Assembly (NCBI RefSeq): GCF_001194135.2
Contig: NC_069010.1
Span: 9,838,301-9,902,300, forward strand
Origin: Octopus bimaculoides
Lineage: Eukaryota
DNA: 64,000 bases
Direction: 5' to 3'
Positions 1 to 14,344 of this stretch are shown here, piece by piece. The first letter of the stretch is position 1. Each line of letters opens with the position of its first letter. Below the pieces are notes generated by a model. That model worked only from the letters and a program-made list of their open reading frames with translations. It was not told the DNA's origin and made no database searches. Both the position numbers and the translations under genes were made by a program.

Positions 1-480
1 CCACATTGAGATTCAGATAGGACATCACTTACGAGACACCCATTCAGACGGGTAAGAAGAATATTTGCCAGAACCTTGCCAGCAGCTGATAGTAGAGCAA
101 TGCCTCTGTAGTTTCCACACATTGTTCTGGCTCCTTTTCCTTTATATAGAGGAAGAATAATTGCATCCTTCCTGTCCTTAGGGATTGCACCATCCCTCCA
201 GACTGCACTAATAAGTTCATGAAGGGACTGTGTGATGTAATTACCACCAAATCGCAAGACCTCAACACAAATTCCATCCTTTCCAGGTGCCCTACCAAGA
301 TTCGATTTACTTATTGATGTCATTACTTCATCTATTGAGGGTGAGGAGTCTAAGGAGCCAATGATAGGTCTTTGTTGCTAAGTATCAATCACTGTTTCAT
401 CCACAACTGATTCATGTTTCAGGAGTTCAGAGAAGTGTTAGAATTTCCTCTGAGTATATGATGTAAAAATCTTGAACTTT
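1..480 (-). mobile_element. RTE-type non-LTR retrotransposon (LINE) fragment, linker plus start of reverse transcriptase; runs off the left edge
   Basis: Minus-strand translation (a frame missed by the ORF track): HFSELLK...SPSIDEVMTSISKSNLGRAPGKDGICVEVLRFGG...WRDGAIPKDRKDAIILPLYKGKGARTMCGNYRGIALLSAAGKVLANILLTRL...LSESQCG, the classic LINE RT N-terminal motifs. One in-frame TAG near 380 indicates decay. Confidence 0.92.
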
Positions 481-616
481 AATTGCAAATTAAAGTGCAA
501 TAAAAGTTGAGTTGTATGAAGTATTGTAGGGAAAAACGGGTTCATTTTCATTATCTGAAGTTATTTGGAAAGAAGTGTGGGGGGGGGGGGGGGGTCACTG
601 TGGGTTTTCCACAAAT

Positions 617-958
617 GGTAAAGACCCCCTTCGGTCATGAATGACCCTGGGATTGCACCTAGAAAGTTACCATCCAAGGCACAAGTCCAGGCAGGGTTGG
701 TTACAGAAGACCAGCAGTCGCCCATGCATACCAGCTTGCTCGTCTTTGTGCTATCGATGTTGTCCAAGGGAAAGGCAAAGGGGCCGATACAGCTTGGCAC
801 CTGTGATGTCGCAACTCATTTCTACAGCTGAGTGAACTGGAGCAACGTGAAATAAAGTGTCTTGCTCAAGAACACAACACACAACCTGGTCCAGGAAACG
901 AACTCACTACCTCATGATTTTGATCCTGATACTCTAACCATTGAACCATGTGCTTCAC
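617..958 (-). mobile_element. tRNA-derived SINE-like repeat (family F)
   Basis: The minus strand has a tRNA-like head (A-box-like tggttcaatggttag, B-box-like gagttcgtttcc) followed by a conserved core ttgagcaagacactttatttcacgttgctccagttcactcagctg. Related copies at about 5915-6110, 7110-7380, 22258-22520, 35420-35660, 50600-50815, 58848-59085, 61560-61745 and 62600-62730. Confidence 0.8.
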
Positions 959-1314
959 ATGGAATTTAAAATAAACAAATGTTGTGTCATTATTTTAATA
1001 TGAAAGGAAGTTTCAGCACAGTTTTATTATTGGATTTTAAAGTTTTGGATTTATTTTTAAGTGTAGAATCACAAAGTTTCATTTTTTTCAGGAAAAACTG
1101 CAGAAATCAGTAAATATTAATCCTAAAGCTAGAATATAAAATGAAAATAATTCTTAATTGCATTCAAAACCCCCTGAATTCTTGTGCAACCACCACCATA
1201 TTTTGGAAAGGCCTAGCCTGAAACACAACAGGACAAAGTGAAATGTCCCGAGATACATCACATATTATATAGAAATACTATTTCTATATGATATATTAAG
1301 TGAAAAGACATCGA

Positions 1315-1349
<35 letters not shown>

Positions 1350-1425
1350 GTATGTCATCATCATCGTTTAACGTCCGCTTTCCATGCTAGCATGGGTTGG
1401 ACGAGCATGGGTTGGACGATGTATG

Positions 1426-1508
<83 letters not shown>

Positions 1509-1651
1509 TTAGAGCAGTACTCTAAACTACAGCTAAAAGGAGATAACTATGAATATACCGGAGGATATTGAAACTGTCTTTATAAGAACGGAAGTGTTTA
1601 GGGAGGTGCTTAGACATACAACAACAACAAAGGAACAGTTTAAAATTTATC

Positions 1652-1657
1652 TTTATT
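1652..1657 (-). promoter_or_regulatory. Candidate polyadenylation signal (AATAAA) of the Ank-RING-DD gene
   Basis: tttatt on the plus strand, about 185 nt downstream of the TGA at 1842-1844. Position is plausible but the region is AT-rich. Confidence 0.35.
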
Positions 1658-1841
1658 TCAAAAGTTAACCTCTAACAACAACGGAGCCAAACAAGTAAAG
1701 GGATTTCTTTCTGATAGATAGATCTGCTAGAAGTAGTAGCCAAATCGACCACCAGACATACCTTATCACCTTGCATTTGACCAAAAGTCTCTATTTGGTC
1801 GAGATTGACCTCAAACTAAACAACAACATTTACACAGAGCT

Positions 1842-4800
1842 TCACTTTACATCTGCTGATAGAGATTTGAGTGCATCAACACACTCAGCTTCCTTGAGAG
1901 CATCTTCAAGTGTTTTCAATGTTCGTTTCTCTAGGTCACAACTTTTAAACCATTTGTGCAACACCACGTAGCCTTGTTTCACATTGTCTTTAGAATTATC
2001 GTGAATTTCCAGTTCGGAGGTTTTAACTCCTAAGAAAATCCCTGCAAAAGATACAAAAAAAAAAGAAGAAATAATTATAACATGATATAAAAGATGTGTC
2101 CTGTAAGTTGTTCTAACAAAGAAACTCCACCAAGAGAGAAATTTTGAAAATAGTTAAAAAACATGGAAAATGTAGGACATTGTTCTCTGTTTGTAAAAAT
2201 GCTGATTAAAAACGTAACAAAGACATTGGAAAAGAAGATTAAAATGGAGAAAAAATTTTTTAAAAGTATTGAAAATTACATTTGAGAGAATTTCTGGTAA
2301 AGAGATGGCAGGAGAAATGGTTATGTAGGTGACAGCATACGAGAACCTAAAGAATCAATTAACACCATCCAAAGAGTCACATTAGGGGAATCCTCTCTTT
2401 TTGCCCTGGGGAGAATATGATATGATTGAGCAGTGAGACCTCTATTAAGCCTCTTTTTATTGAAGCATCTACATATGTGTGGTTGGACATCTTCCAATAT
2501 GTTGATATAAATAGGATCATTTATTGACTTCTTATACAATAATGCTTTCAATCATTTCAAAAAGAACCTAACTTGAAGTCTTTAACAGGAATAAAGAAAA
2601 CTTATTCTGGTTGTTAACAAATATTTCCTTCATTACAATAATTTAGCAACAGACTTACTTAAAATGTAAAACAAATAAAAACATTGTCCATTAATTAAAT
2701 TCAAATTAAGACAAACGTAAATATACAAACAAAGTTTGCTTTTAGAAGCGTTGAGATGTCTTTAGAAAGTTAAATGATTTTTTAAAATTCTCAATCGCAG
2801 AATAATGTTAATAATATAGCCTGAACAGGATAAACTACCCCTATTTTGTAGAGAAAAGTGTAGGTGGCTAGCTGTGGACACGAACTCACTCACCTGTTTA
2901 CTCTTAAACAACGAATTTTAGTTTCCAGCTCCATAAGACAATATTAACTCTATCGCGTCTTCTAATTTAGCCATTATTACCAACCTCGGTGCTAACCTTG
3001 GTGGACAATTTTTTGAAATTCCAGTAATATCAATCTCTTTAATATCTTCAGAGTTAACCTTTCAATTGGAAATTAGGAATGGAACTGGTTCTCAGCCATT
3101 TTGATAAACAAAATAGCTCAAGTGAAAGTAAACTTTATAAAAAGCAATTAGGTGTTGTCATTTTATACTCACCCACTTGCCACCAGTTACTCCCTAACTT
3201 CTTGGCCACTTTCAATAGATCCTTCTCCTTCAACTTTGGACTCTCTGAAATAAATATATTCAAATTTTGAAATTTGTAAAATTTCTTATATCTCTGTTGA
3301 TAATCTATATTTTATTATCATGCGGTATTCCTTTTATCAATGGTCCCCCCATGGCTTGGATCAACATTTTTATACTTTCTACAGTGGTACCACAACAACA
3401 TAAACCTAAGCCTTTTCTCTTTAGTAAGACATTCTACATAATCCTTACAATGTAAGTGGATGTCGTGATAGATATACCATCAAAAAGAAAAGACACATGG
3501 AACACTTTTGATTCATAAATCTGCCAGATCATGACAGCCTTGGGTCAACACAACAACAATGAAGTCAACGAGACAAACAGACAGACATCATGAAATAGTA
3601 TTCTTACCGATTCTACTTTTTCTAGTTATGTGTTTCTGACATTCAGGACATGTTTTGATACCGCATTCCTCACATATCACCACGTGTCCACATGACTGGC
3701 ATTTCAGTGTGGATGCTTTAACTTCACAAAACAGACATCTGTGGAACAAGATACAAATAATCTCATCACTAGCTTTCATCAATAACATTCATCATCATTT
3801 AACATCTGTTATCTATGCTGGTATGGGTTGGACGGTTTGACTGGGCTGGCACACTGGAAGGCTGCCCCAGGCTCTAGTTTGATTCACTTATTACAAATAT
3901 TACAGTAGTGAATATTTACGAGACACGGTAGATACCAGTAAGACTACATCACAAATGTGATGTAGTCTTACTGGTATATCTGAAGAAGTCATTGATCTAC
4001 AAACATTTTCTCATAACTTGTCCACGTGGTGGTGACTGATTGGCACAGAGAAGAGAGAGAATAAAAATGTTGGAAGACAGATAAATTCTACTGATTTCGA
4101 AATAACAATGCCAAAATATGTTCATTCCCTTCATTATTTAGTACTACAGTTTCCTATCGGTCATATATCTTTAAAAGAGGCAACTGAGAGACGTAGGTGG
4201 GGGGTGAGGTATATCTGTCAACAAAACCAGTCACGTGAATATAATCAAAATGGATGCTCCTCTTTGTTTCATCCCCTTTCAACTGCATTTTCTATTTTTT
4301 GTTCTTCTTACTTGCTCAAGACACTAGTAACAGTATAATGTATTGGTAGAATTAAAACTAAACAAGCATATAAACATGATTATGTACAAAATGGAAAATT
4401 CACTGGTTTGTTTTTTTGTCTTTGCCAGGGAATACTTACAATGATGGGAAATTGGATTTTAATTTTTCTTTCAAATCTGGGTTCTCAACGAGGTCCAATG
4501 GGTTAGCATTATTGTGATTTCTATGGTAAAAGTTGGCTCCCTGCAGAGCTAGATAAGTAGCTATTACTGCACCGGAGAGCCTGGCATTCTTTCCCAATTC
4601 AAGCATAGCACAGCACTACAAACAATGAATGTATAAAAGGGTGATTGCAGTATTACACAAATATATACATTATAAGCAAAAATCATGGCATCAAATCAAA
4701 TATAGGAAATATAAAGGAACAAATATCCCAATAATAAAACACAAAACACAACAAACCAACAAGAACTTATCTATACATGGGGCTCGATAAAGCCAACTGG

Positions 4801-7539
4801 CCATAGTAAGAGAAATATCTATGGGAGAGTATTGTACATATAAATATAACAACAACATGACAACAAACCATGTATGTTATATCAGAAGTATATCATAATA
4901 TATATGTAGGGTTATCAAGAAAGACTGGATTACTTAATGCTAAAAGTAGGGGTTTGATGGGTGTGAATTCAGACGTGACAAACTTTGTCTGTCTGTTTGT
5001 CTCTCTCACACATGCAAACAAATATTTACAAACAATTTTATAACTTACCTCGTCTAAAATGCCCAAGGCTTCACCCTCCGAATGAAACATCCCTTTCTTC
5101 ACAGCAAGGTGCAGACAATTGTTGTCATCATTGTCGACAGCATTTATATCTGCGCCATGAGAAAGTAGCTTGTGGATCATTCTGAGGTGACCCCCGGAGA
5201 TGGCTTGGAGCAAGGGTGTCATTTTGTTACAGTTCTTGATATCCACTGCCACATCACTCTTTATAGAGATTTTAAAAAAAAGAATAGAGAATGAAAATTT
5301 ATATCTTTGAAGAAACAATTTTATTTTTCATATCTTTGCATACAATTATACAATAATTTAACCCAAAATCAACATCGTATATCAAAAATATATATATATA
5401 TACTGACCTGAGTTGCTTTTGTGTTTAATATGATTTCCATCACATCTTCATAGTTCTTCCCTACAGCATAATGGAGAGGTGTGTTGCCAGACTTGTCTTG
5501 GCAGTTAATATTGGCACCCTTGGAGACCATGAGGGCCACCCCATCACACTGATGTCTGAATGGATAAAATTGACATAATTACATTAAATACACATTCTTG
5601 TTCAATATGTAAAAATCAAACATACAAACATGTCTGTCTGTACGCATTTTTTATTCTTTTAAGTTTGTCATTTGACTACGACCATGCTGCAGCACCACAT
5701 TAAAGGGTTTTGTAATCGAAGAAATCGACCCCAGGACTTATACTTTGTAAGCGTAATATTTATTCTATTGGTCTCTTTTGCTGACCTGCTAAGTTACAGG
5801 AATGTAAACACACCAACATCAGTTGCCAAGAGATGGTGGGAGGGACAAATTCACATAAATATATACATATACAATGGGCTTTTTTCAGTTTCCATCTGCT
5901 AAAGGCAAATAGAAGGCTATGTGTGTTTGCAATACAGGAAACACAGCTTGGCACCTGTGACGTTGCAACTCATTTCTACAGCTGAGTAAACTGGAGCAAC
6001 ATGAAATAAAGTGTCTTGCTCAAGAACACAACGCGCAGCCCTGTCCAGGATTCAAACTCACAACCTCATGATCGTAAGCTTGACGCTCTAACCACTGAGC
6101 CATGCGCCTTCACAATAATGAAGAGGATTCCTGGAGAAAATGAGGCAAAGATATTGTTGGTTATTATTATCGTTTTATCATCGTGTAACACTGGCACTGC
6201 TATGGCATCTTCGGACATTTAAGATGTCTGGAATTGGAAGAAATTTAGAAACAAAACAGATCTGAAGATTTGATTTATGTAATTCTTAACTTACCCAAAC
6301 ACAGCATAATGTAAAGCTGTATCACCCTCTTTGTCACTTACTTCCAAATCAGCCCCAGATTCTAACAAGAAGTTTATAAAATCAGTGTTGCCCAGTTGAC
6401 AGGCAACCATCAAATATGTCAGACCACATGAATTGGTCTCGTTAATCTGAAGTGAAGAAAAGAGAAGACATGTGAAAAATATTAAAGGGGAGAGAGAGAG
6501 AGAGAGAGGGAGAAATAGTAGAGAAGGTGCATGGGTGAGAAAAGAGGGATATGAAAGGGAAAGATGGAGAGGAAAGACGAATGCACATCCAAGTACATAT
6601 GTCATCGTCGTTTTACTTTTACTTTCCATGCTGGTCTAATTTGTAAGACCATCGGGAACATGAAACTCTGAGTAACAGTTTTTGTGATGTCTTTACAGCT
6701 TCATTAATAAAATATATATATCACCATCATCATCATCATCATCATTGTTTAACGTCTGCTTTCCATGCTAGCATGGGTTGGGTGATTTGACTGAGGACTG
6801 GTGAAACCAGATGGCAACACCAGGCTCCAATCTGATTTATATGAGTAATAAGAAAATGGAGATATTGTAGTTAATAATAGTTTATTATCATAAAAAATTG
6901 TGCCTGTATGGTAAGAAGCTTGCTTCCCAACTGATGGGCTTCTTTCAGTTTCCCTCTCCAAGGTATGGTTAAGTATTTATAAAATCTAATGATAATGAGC
7001 ATTAGAAGAAAGAAATGAAATATCATGGACAAATACCTGTTTAGTTATGAATATTTAATATTGTGTGTAAAATAACAAACAAATAAGTAACTTTGAGAAG
7101 GCAAAAACACAACACGTACTGGGCTGCATGTTGTGTTCTTGAGCAAGACACTTTACTTCATGTTGCTCCAGTTCACTCAACTGTAGAAATGAGTTGCGAA
7201 GTCACTGGTGCCAAGCAGAAGCCTTTGCCTTTCTCTTGGATAGCATCGATGGTATGGAGAGGGGAAGCTGGTATGCATGGGTGACTGCTAGTCTTCCATA
7301 AACAACCTTGCCTGGACTTGTGCTTCAGAGGGGAATTTTCTGGGTGCAATCCCCTTCATGACCAAAAGGGATCTTTACCCTAGTCAGGAATGTTTAATAT
7401 TGTGAATAAAATAATAAACAAATAAGCAAGTTTGAGAATAAACACAACAACTTACTTTCTGTGAATTGTTACGAATATATTCTTGAACATATTGAATTTC
7501 ATCAAGCAAAATTTTGCTTATATTCTTATCAACTTCCAT
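1842..7539 (-). CDS. Mind-bomb (MIB1/2)-like ankyrin repeat + RING E3 ubiquitin ligase with a C-terminal death domain, about 390 aa
   Basis: complement(join(1842..2041,3173..3244,3608..3738,4440..4615,5049..5258,5408..5555,6295..6446,7456..7539)) = 1173 nt, all junctions GT-AG and phase-consistent (the 5258 acceptor is the least certain). ATG at 7539 has an in-frame TAA 6 nt upstream. Ankyrin repeats: GLTYLMVACQLGN...GADLEVSDKEGDTALHYAVFG, GANINCQDKSGNTPLHYAVG, MTPLLQAISGGHL...GADINAVDNDDNNCLHLAV. MIB-like IATYLALQGANFYHRNHNNANPLDLVENPDLKEKL. RING: CLFC...CQSCGHVVICEECGIKTCPEC. Death domain: LLKVAKKLGSNWWQVGIFLGV...VLHKWF...RTLKTLEDALKEAEC. Confidence 0.88.
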
Positions 7540-7889
7540 CTTTTAAATGAAATATTCTAGAAAAAGAAAGAAATTAGAACAGATTTTTTAAAATTTATAA
7601 AATGAGGTGAACAGCAATACAGAGAATTTGTTGGTTCTAACATATCACATAAAATATTAGAAATATTGGAAAATCCAGTTTCGCTAAATTATTATTTATA
7701 TCTGAATGTTCTTCTTGACACTAACAAACCTAACAACGGTCATTATGTTGTGTCTCTTGGTCAGCTACATTATTCTACTTATTATAGTCTGGTTGGTTAC
7801 AATTAAATCCTGAATAATGGAATAATGTACAGTCTGTCCATCAACCAGGTGGAGAAACTGTATATCTTGAACTTGAATTTATGGATCAT

Positions 7890-8329
7890 ATCTCAGCGAG
7901 GTGGGCGTAGCTACAGAGTTCTGTCACCCCACCGACTTTGGATGATCATAACTTCCAGAAAAATTAATATTTTTTAATGAAATTTTCTACGAATATGTGT
8001 TATACCATGTTGATTCCGAATATACAAAACTTTTAGGGGATAAGTGTTTTAGGAGGGGGTGGAATTTCGGAAAATTCACCGGAGTCCATTTCGATTAGTC
8101 TTAACTTTCAGGAAAATGGATATTTTTTAATGAAATTCTTTACAAATATACCGAAGACTATGTAGATTCCGAGGACATAGGAATTCGGGGTGGGGGGGAA
8201 CAATTCGGGATTGTTTTTGAGAACTATTCCCCATTCGGGGGCGTTTCCGAACAAGTCGTCCATATTTGTTTCATTTTCTCCGTTTTGTGCATTTGTGCAT
8301 CAGTAGATTTCTACTGCCGCAAAAATATC

Positions 8330-8368
<39 letters not shown>

Positions 8369-8420
8369 CAAATCTAAAAATCCACTTTTGAAGTTGCCCC
8401 ACCCTTCACGACAACAACTA
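7890..8420. mobile_element. Possible non-autonomous transposon remnant with internal direct repeats and a (TA)n tract
   Basis: Two diverged copies of an ~80-bp unit (taactt.ca.gaaaa...atattttttaatgaaatt.t.tac.aatat...gattccga) at about 7945 and 8100, a G-rich spacer, then (TA)n at 8334-8365. The Helitron/HINE-like layout is an inference. Confidence 0.35.
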
Positions 8421-8581
8421 ACATTACAATCATAAAACGTTTTTCACTTTGTGAAGGCCACATTACGTCACCTGTATTAATTTCAATACCTGAATGCACA
8501 CACACACACATATATATATAGATATATATATCAATTTAAATAAGAGCTAAAACGCGATCCATTGTAAATATATTGTGTGTG

Positions 8582-8622
<41 letters not shown>

Positions 8623-8864
8623 TAGAAAAAAAAAACACATGGCGGAGGTAAAGCATACGTACACCGTCAGTTTGCGGCGTAATGGAAACCCTAAACACCG
8701 GGTATATCTTTTATTTTTGCCAAAAAAACATATCAGAAAGAAGCACACTCTCACAAATCATATTTATAAATAAATTCCTCTATTTTACATAATATCGAGG
8801 GCGGTCTCATTCTTTTATTGTCATATATATAGGATAAGAGCAATTTAGGACAAGAGATATATAG

Positions 8865-9200
8865 AATAGTTCTGGGTTCAGTCCCACTGCGTGGCACCTT
8901 GGGCAAGGTGTCTTCAACTATAGCCTCGGGCCGACCAAAGCCTTGTGAGTGGATTTGGTAGACGGAAACTGAAAGAAGCCCGTCGTATATATCTATATAT
9001 GTGTATGTGTGTTTGTCCCCCCAACATCGCTTAACAACCGATGCTGGTGTGTTTACGTCCCCGTAGCTTAGCGGTTCGGCAAAAAAGACCGAAAGAATAA
9101 GTACTAGGCTTACAAAGACTAAGTCCCGGAGTCGATTTGCTCGACTAAAAGGCGGTGCTCCAGCGTGACCGCAGTCAAATGACTGAAACAAGTAAAAGCG
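8865..9200 (+). mobile_element. Composite SINE-like repeat: family A (tRNA-like head) + short TA/GT microsatellite + family B
   Basis: gggttcagtcccactgcgtggcaccttgggcaag...gaaactgaaagaagcccgtcgtatatat followed by gtgtttgtccccc...gcagtcaaatgactgaaacaagtaaaag. The same A+B order recurs at 53451-53820 (+) and 16985-17340 (-). A alone at about 18481, 27915, 29375, 30534, 35760 and 55719; B alone at about 5665, 13040 and 13385. Confidence 0.8.
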
Positions 9201-10184
9201 TATANNNNNNNNNNNNNNNNNNNNNNNNNNNNNNNNNNNNNNNNNNNNNNNNNNNNNNNNNNNNNNNNNNNNNNNNNNNNNNNNNNNNNNNNNNNNNNNN
9301 NNNNNNNNNNNNNNNNNNNNNNNNNNNNNNNNNNNNNNNNNNNNNNNNNNNNNNNNNNNNNNNNNNNNNNNNNNNNNNNNNNNNNNNNNNNNNNNNNNNN
9401 NNNNNNNNNNNNNNNNNNNNNNNNNNNNNNNNNNNNNNNNNNNNNNNNNNNNNNNNNNNNNNNNNNNNNNNNNNNNNNNNNNNNNNNNNNNNNNNNNNNN
9501 NNNNNNNNNNNNNNNNNNNNNNNNNNNNNNNNNNNNNNNNNNNNNNNNNNNNNNNNNNNNNNNNNNNNNNNNNNNNNNNNNNNNNNNNNNNNNNNNNNNN
9601 NNNNNNNNNNNNNNNNNNNNNNNNNNNNNNNNNNNNNNNNNNNNNNNNNNNNNNNNNNNNNNNNNNNNNNNNNNNNNNNNNNNNNNNNNNNNNNNNNNNN
9701 NNNNNNNNNNNNNNNNNNNNNNNNNNNNNNNNNNNNNNNNNNNNNNNNNNNNNNNNNNNNNNNNNNNNNNNNNNNNNNNNNNNNNNNNNNNNNNNNNNNN
9801 NNNNNNNNNNNNNNNNNNNNNNNNNNNNNNNNNNNNNNNNNNNNNNNNNNNNNNNNNNNNNNNNNNNNNNNNNNNNNNNNNNNNNNNNNNNNNNNNNNNN
9901 NNNNNNNNNNNNNNNNNNNNNNNNNNNNNNNNNNNNNNNNNNNNNNNNNNNNNNNNNNNNNNNNNNNNNNNNNNNNNNNNNNNNNNNNNNNNNNNNNNNN
10001 NNNNNNNNNGAGGTCGATCTACAGATGTTGCTGTGTTTGAAAGTAAATTAGTCTGCGAGGAGATTTAGCGAATCGTTCGACTGGAGATTGCGTGTCACAG
10101 TGGTCGACCAATAACAGCAAACAGAGAGAATGGATTTCTTTCATTACACTCTCACACTCACTCTTACTCTTTCTATACTTAACT

Positions 10185-10200
10185 AATCTCTCTCTCTATC

Positions 10201-10232
<32 letters not shown>

Positions 10233-10340
10233 TTTCTCTCTCTCTGTTTCTCTCTCTCTCTGTTTCTCTCTCTCTGTTTCTCTCTCTCTGTTTCTCTCTC
10301 TCTGTTTCTCTCTCTCTGTTTCTCTCTCTCTTTTTCTCCC

Positions 10341-10372
<32 letters not shown>

Positions 10373-10700
10373 ATTTCTTTCTTCTTTCTTTCTTTCTTTC
10401 TCTCTCTCTTTCTCTCTCTTTCTTTCTTTCTTTCTTCTTTCTTTCTTTCTCTCTTTCCCCCTCTCTCTTTCTTTCTTTCTCTCTCTCTTTCTCTCTCTTT
10501 CTTTCTTTCTCTTTCTCTCTCTTTCTTTCTTTCTTTCTCTCTCTCTTTCCCTCTCCATAACCTCTTTCTCTCTCTCCCTTTCTTTTCCTTTCTCTCTCTC
10601 TCTCTATCTACCTATCTATCTATCTATCTATCTCCTGCTCACTACATCCACATATCCACACCACATTCTCTCTCTCTCTCTCTTTCCCTCCCCATAACTT
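10185..10700. repeat. Long CT/CTTT homopyrimidine low-complexity tract
   Basis: About 500 bp of (CT)n/(CTTT)n with ctgtttctctct subrepeats, ending in (TATC)n. A similar GA-rich tract lies at 30790-31170. Confidence 0.95.
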
Positions 10701-11171
10701 ATTTCTGTCTNNNNNNNNNNNNNNNNNNNNNNNNNNNNNNNNNNNNNNNNNNNNNNNNNNNNNNNNNNNNNNNNNNNNNNNNNNNNNNNNNNNNNNNNNN
10801 NNNNNNNNNNNNNNNNNNNNNNNNNNNNNNNNNNNNNNNNNNNNNNNNNNNNNNNNNNNNNNNNNNNNNNNNNNNNNNNNNNNNNNNNNNNNNNNNNNNN
10901 NNNNNNNNNNNNNNNNNNNNNNNNNNNNNNNNNNNNNNNNNNNNNNNNNNNNNNNNNNNNNNNNNNNNNNNNNNNNNNNNNNNNNNNNNNNNNNNNNNNN
11001 NNNNNNNNNNNNNNNNNNNNNNNNNNNNNNNNNNNNNNNNNNNNNNNNNNNNNNNNNNNNNNNNNNNNNNNNNNNNNNNNNNNNNNNNNNNNNNNNNNNN
11101 NNNNNNNNNNNNNNNNNNNNNNNNNNNNNNNNNNNNNNNNNNNNNNNNNNNNNNNNNNNNNNNNNNNNNNN

Positions 11172-11316
11172 GTGGTTGGCATTAGGAAGGGCATCCAGCT
11201 GTAGAAACTCTGCTAAATCAGATTGGAGCCTGGTGTAGCTATCTGGTTCGCCAGTCCTCAGTCAAATCGTCCAACCCATGCTAGCATGGAAAGCGGACGT
11301 TAAATGATGATGATGA

Positions 11317-11320
<4 letters not shown>
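11172..11320 (+). mobile_element. Family C repeat: RTE-LINE-associated 3' end or SINE with a (GAT)n tail
   Basis: ttaggaagggcatccagctgtagaaactctg...cagtcctcagtcaaatcgtccaacccatgctagcatggaaagcggacgttaaa(tga)n. At least 15 copies in both orientations, e.g. about 1337, 6720, 12375, 15100, 15950, 25890, 29930, 38810, 44995, 46170, 46560, 56636 and 59790. Confidence 0.85.
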
Positions 11321-11351
<31 letters not shown>

Positions 11352-11526
11352 CATATATATATACATACATATATATGATAGAGCGATTTATACAGGTGGG
11401 GTGGTGGGCAAAATTAGCAATCAGGGTAAAATTGGTAATTTCTAATTTCATGTTATTTTCTCCCTACCTGTATGAAATCATTACAGGTATTGCATCATAT
11501 TTAGGAAAGTTTGAAACAGTCAGGTG

Positions 11527-14344
<2,818 letters not shown>

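Noticed and set aside
2894-3058. 165-nt candidate extra exon in gene 1 (aag|gtt...cag|gtgagt)
   Set aside because: In the required phase 1 it reads G then TAA immediately. The gene splices cleanly without it, so at most it is a poison exon with no support.
8799-8804. GGGCGG GC-box near the putative gene 1/gene 2 promoter
   Set aside because: The surrounding sequence recurs at about 62815-62860, so it belongs to a dispersed repeat; a single hexamer is uninformative.
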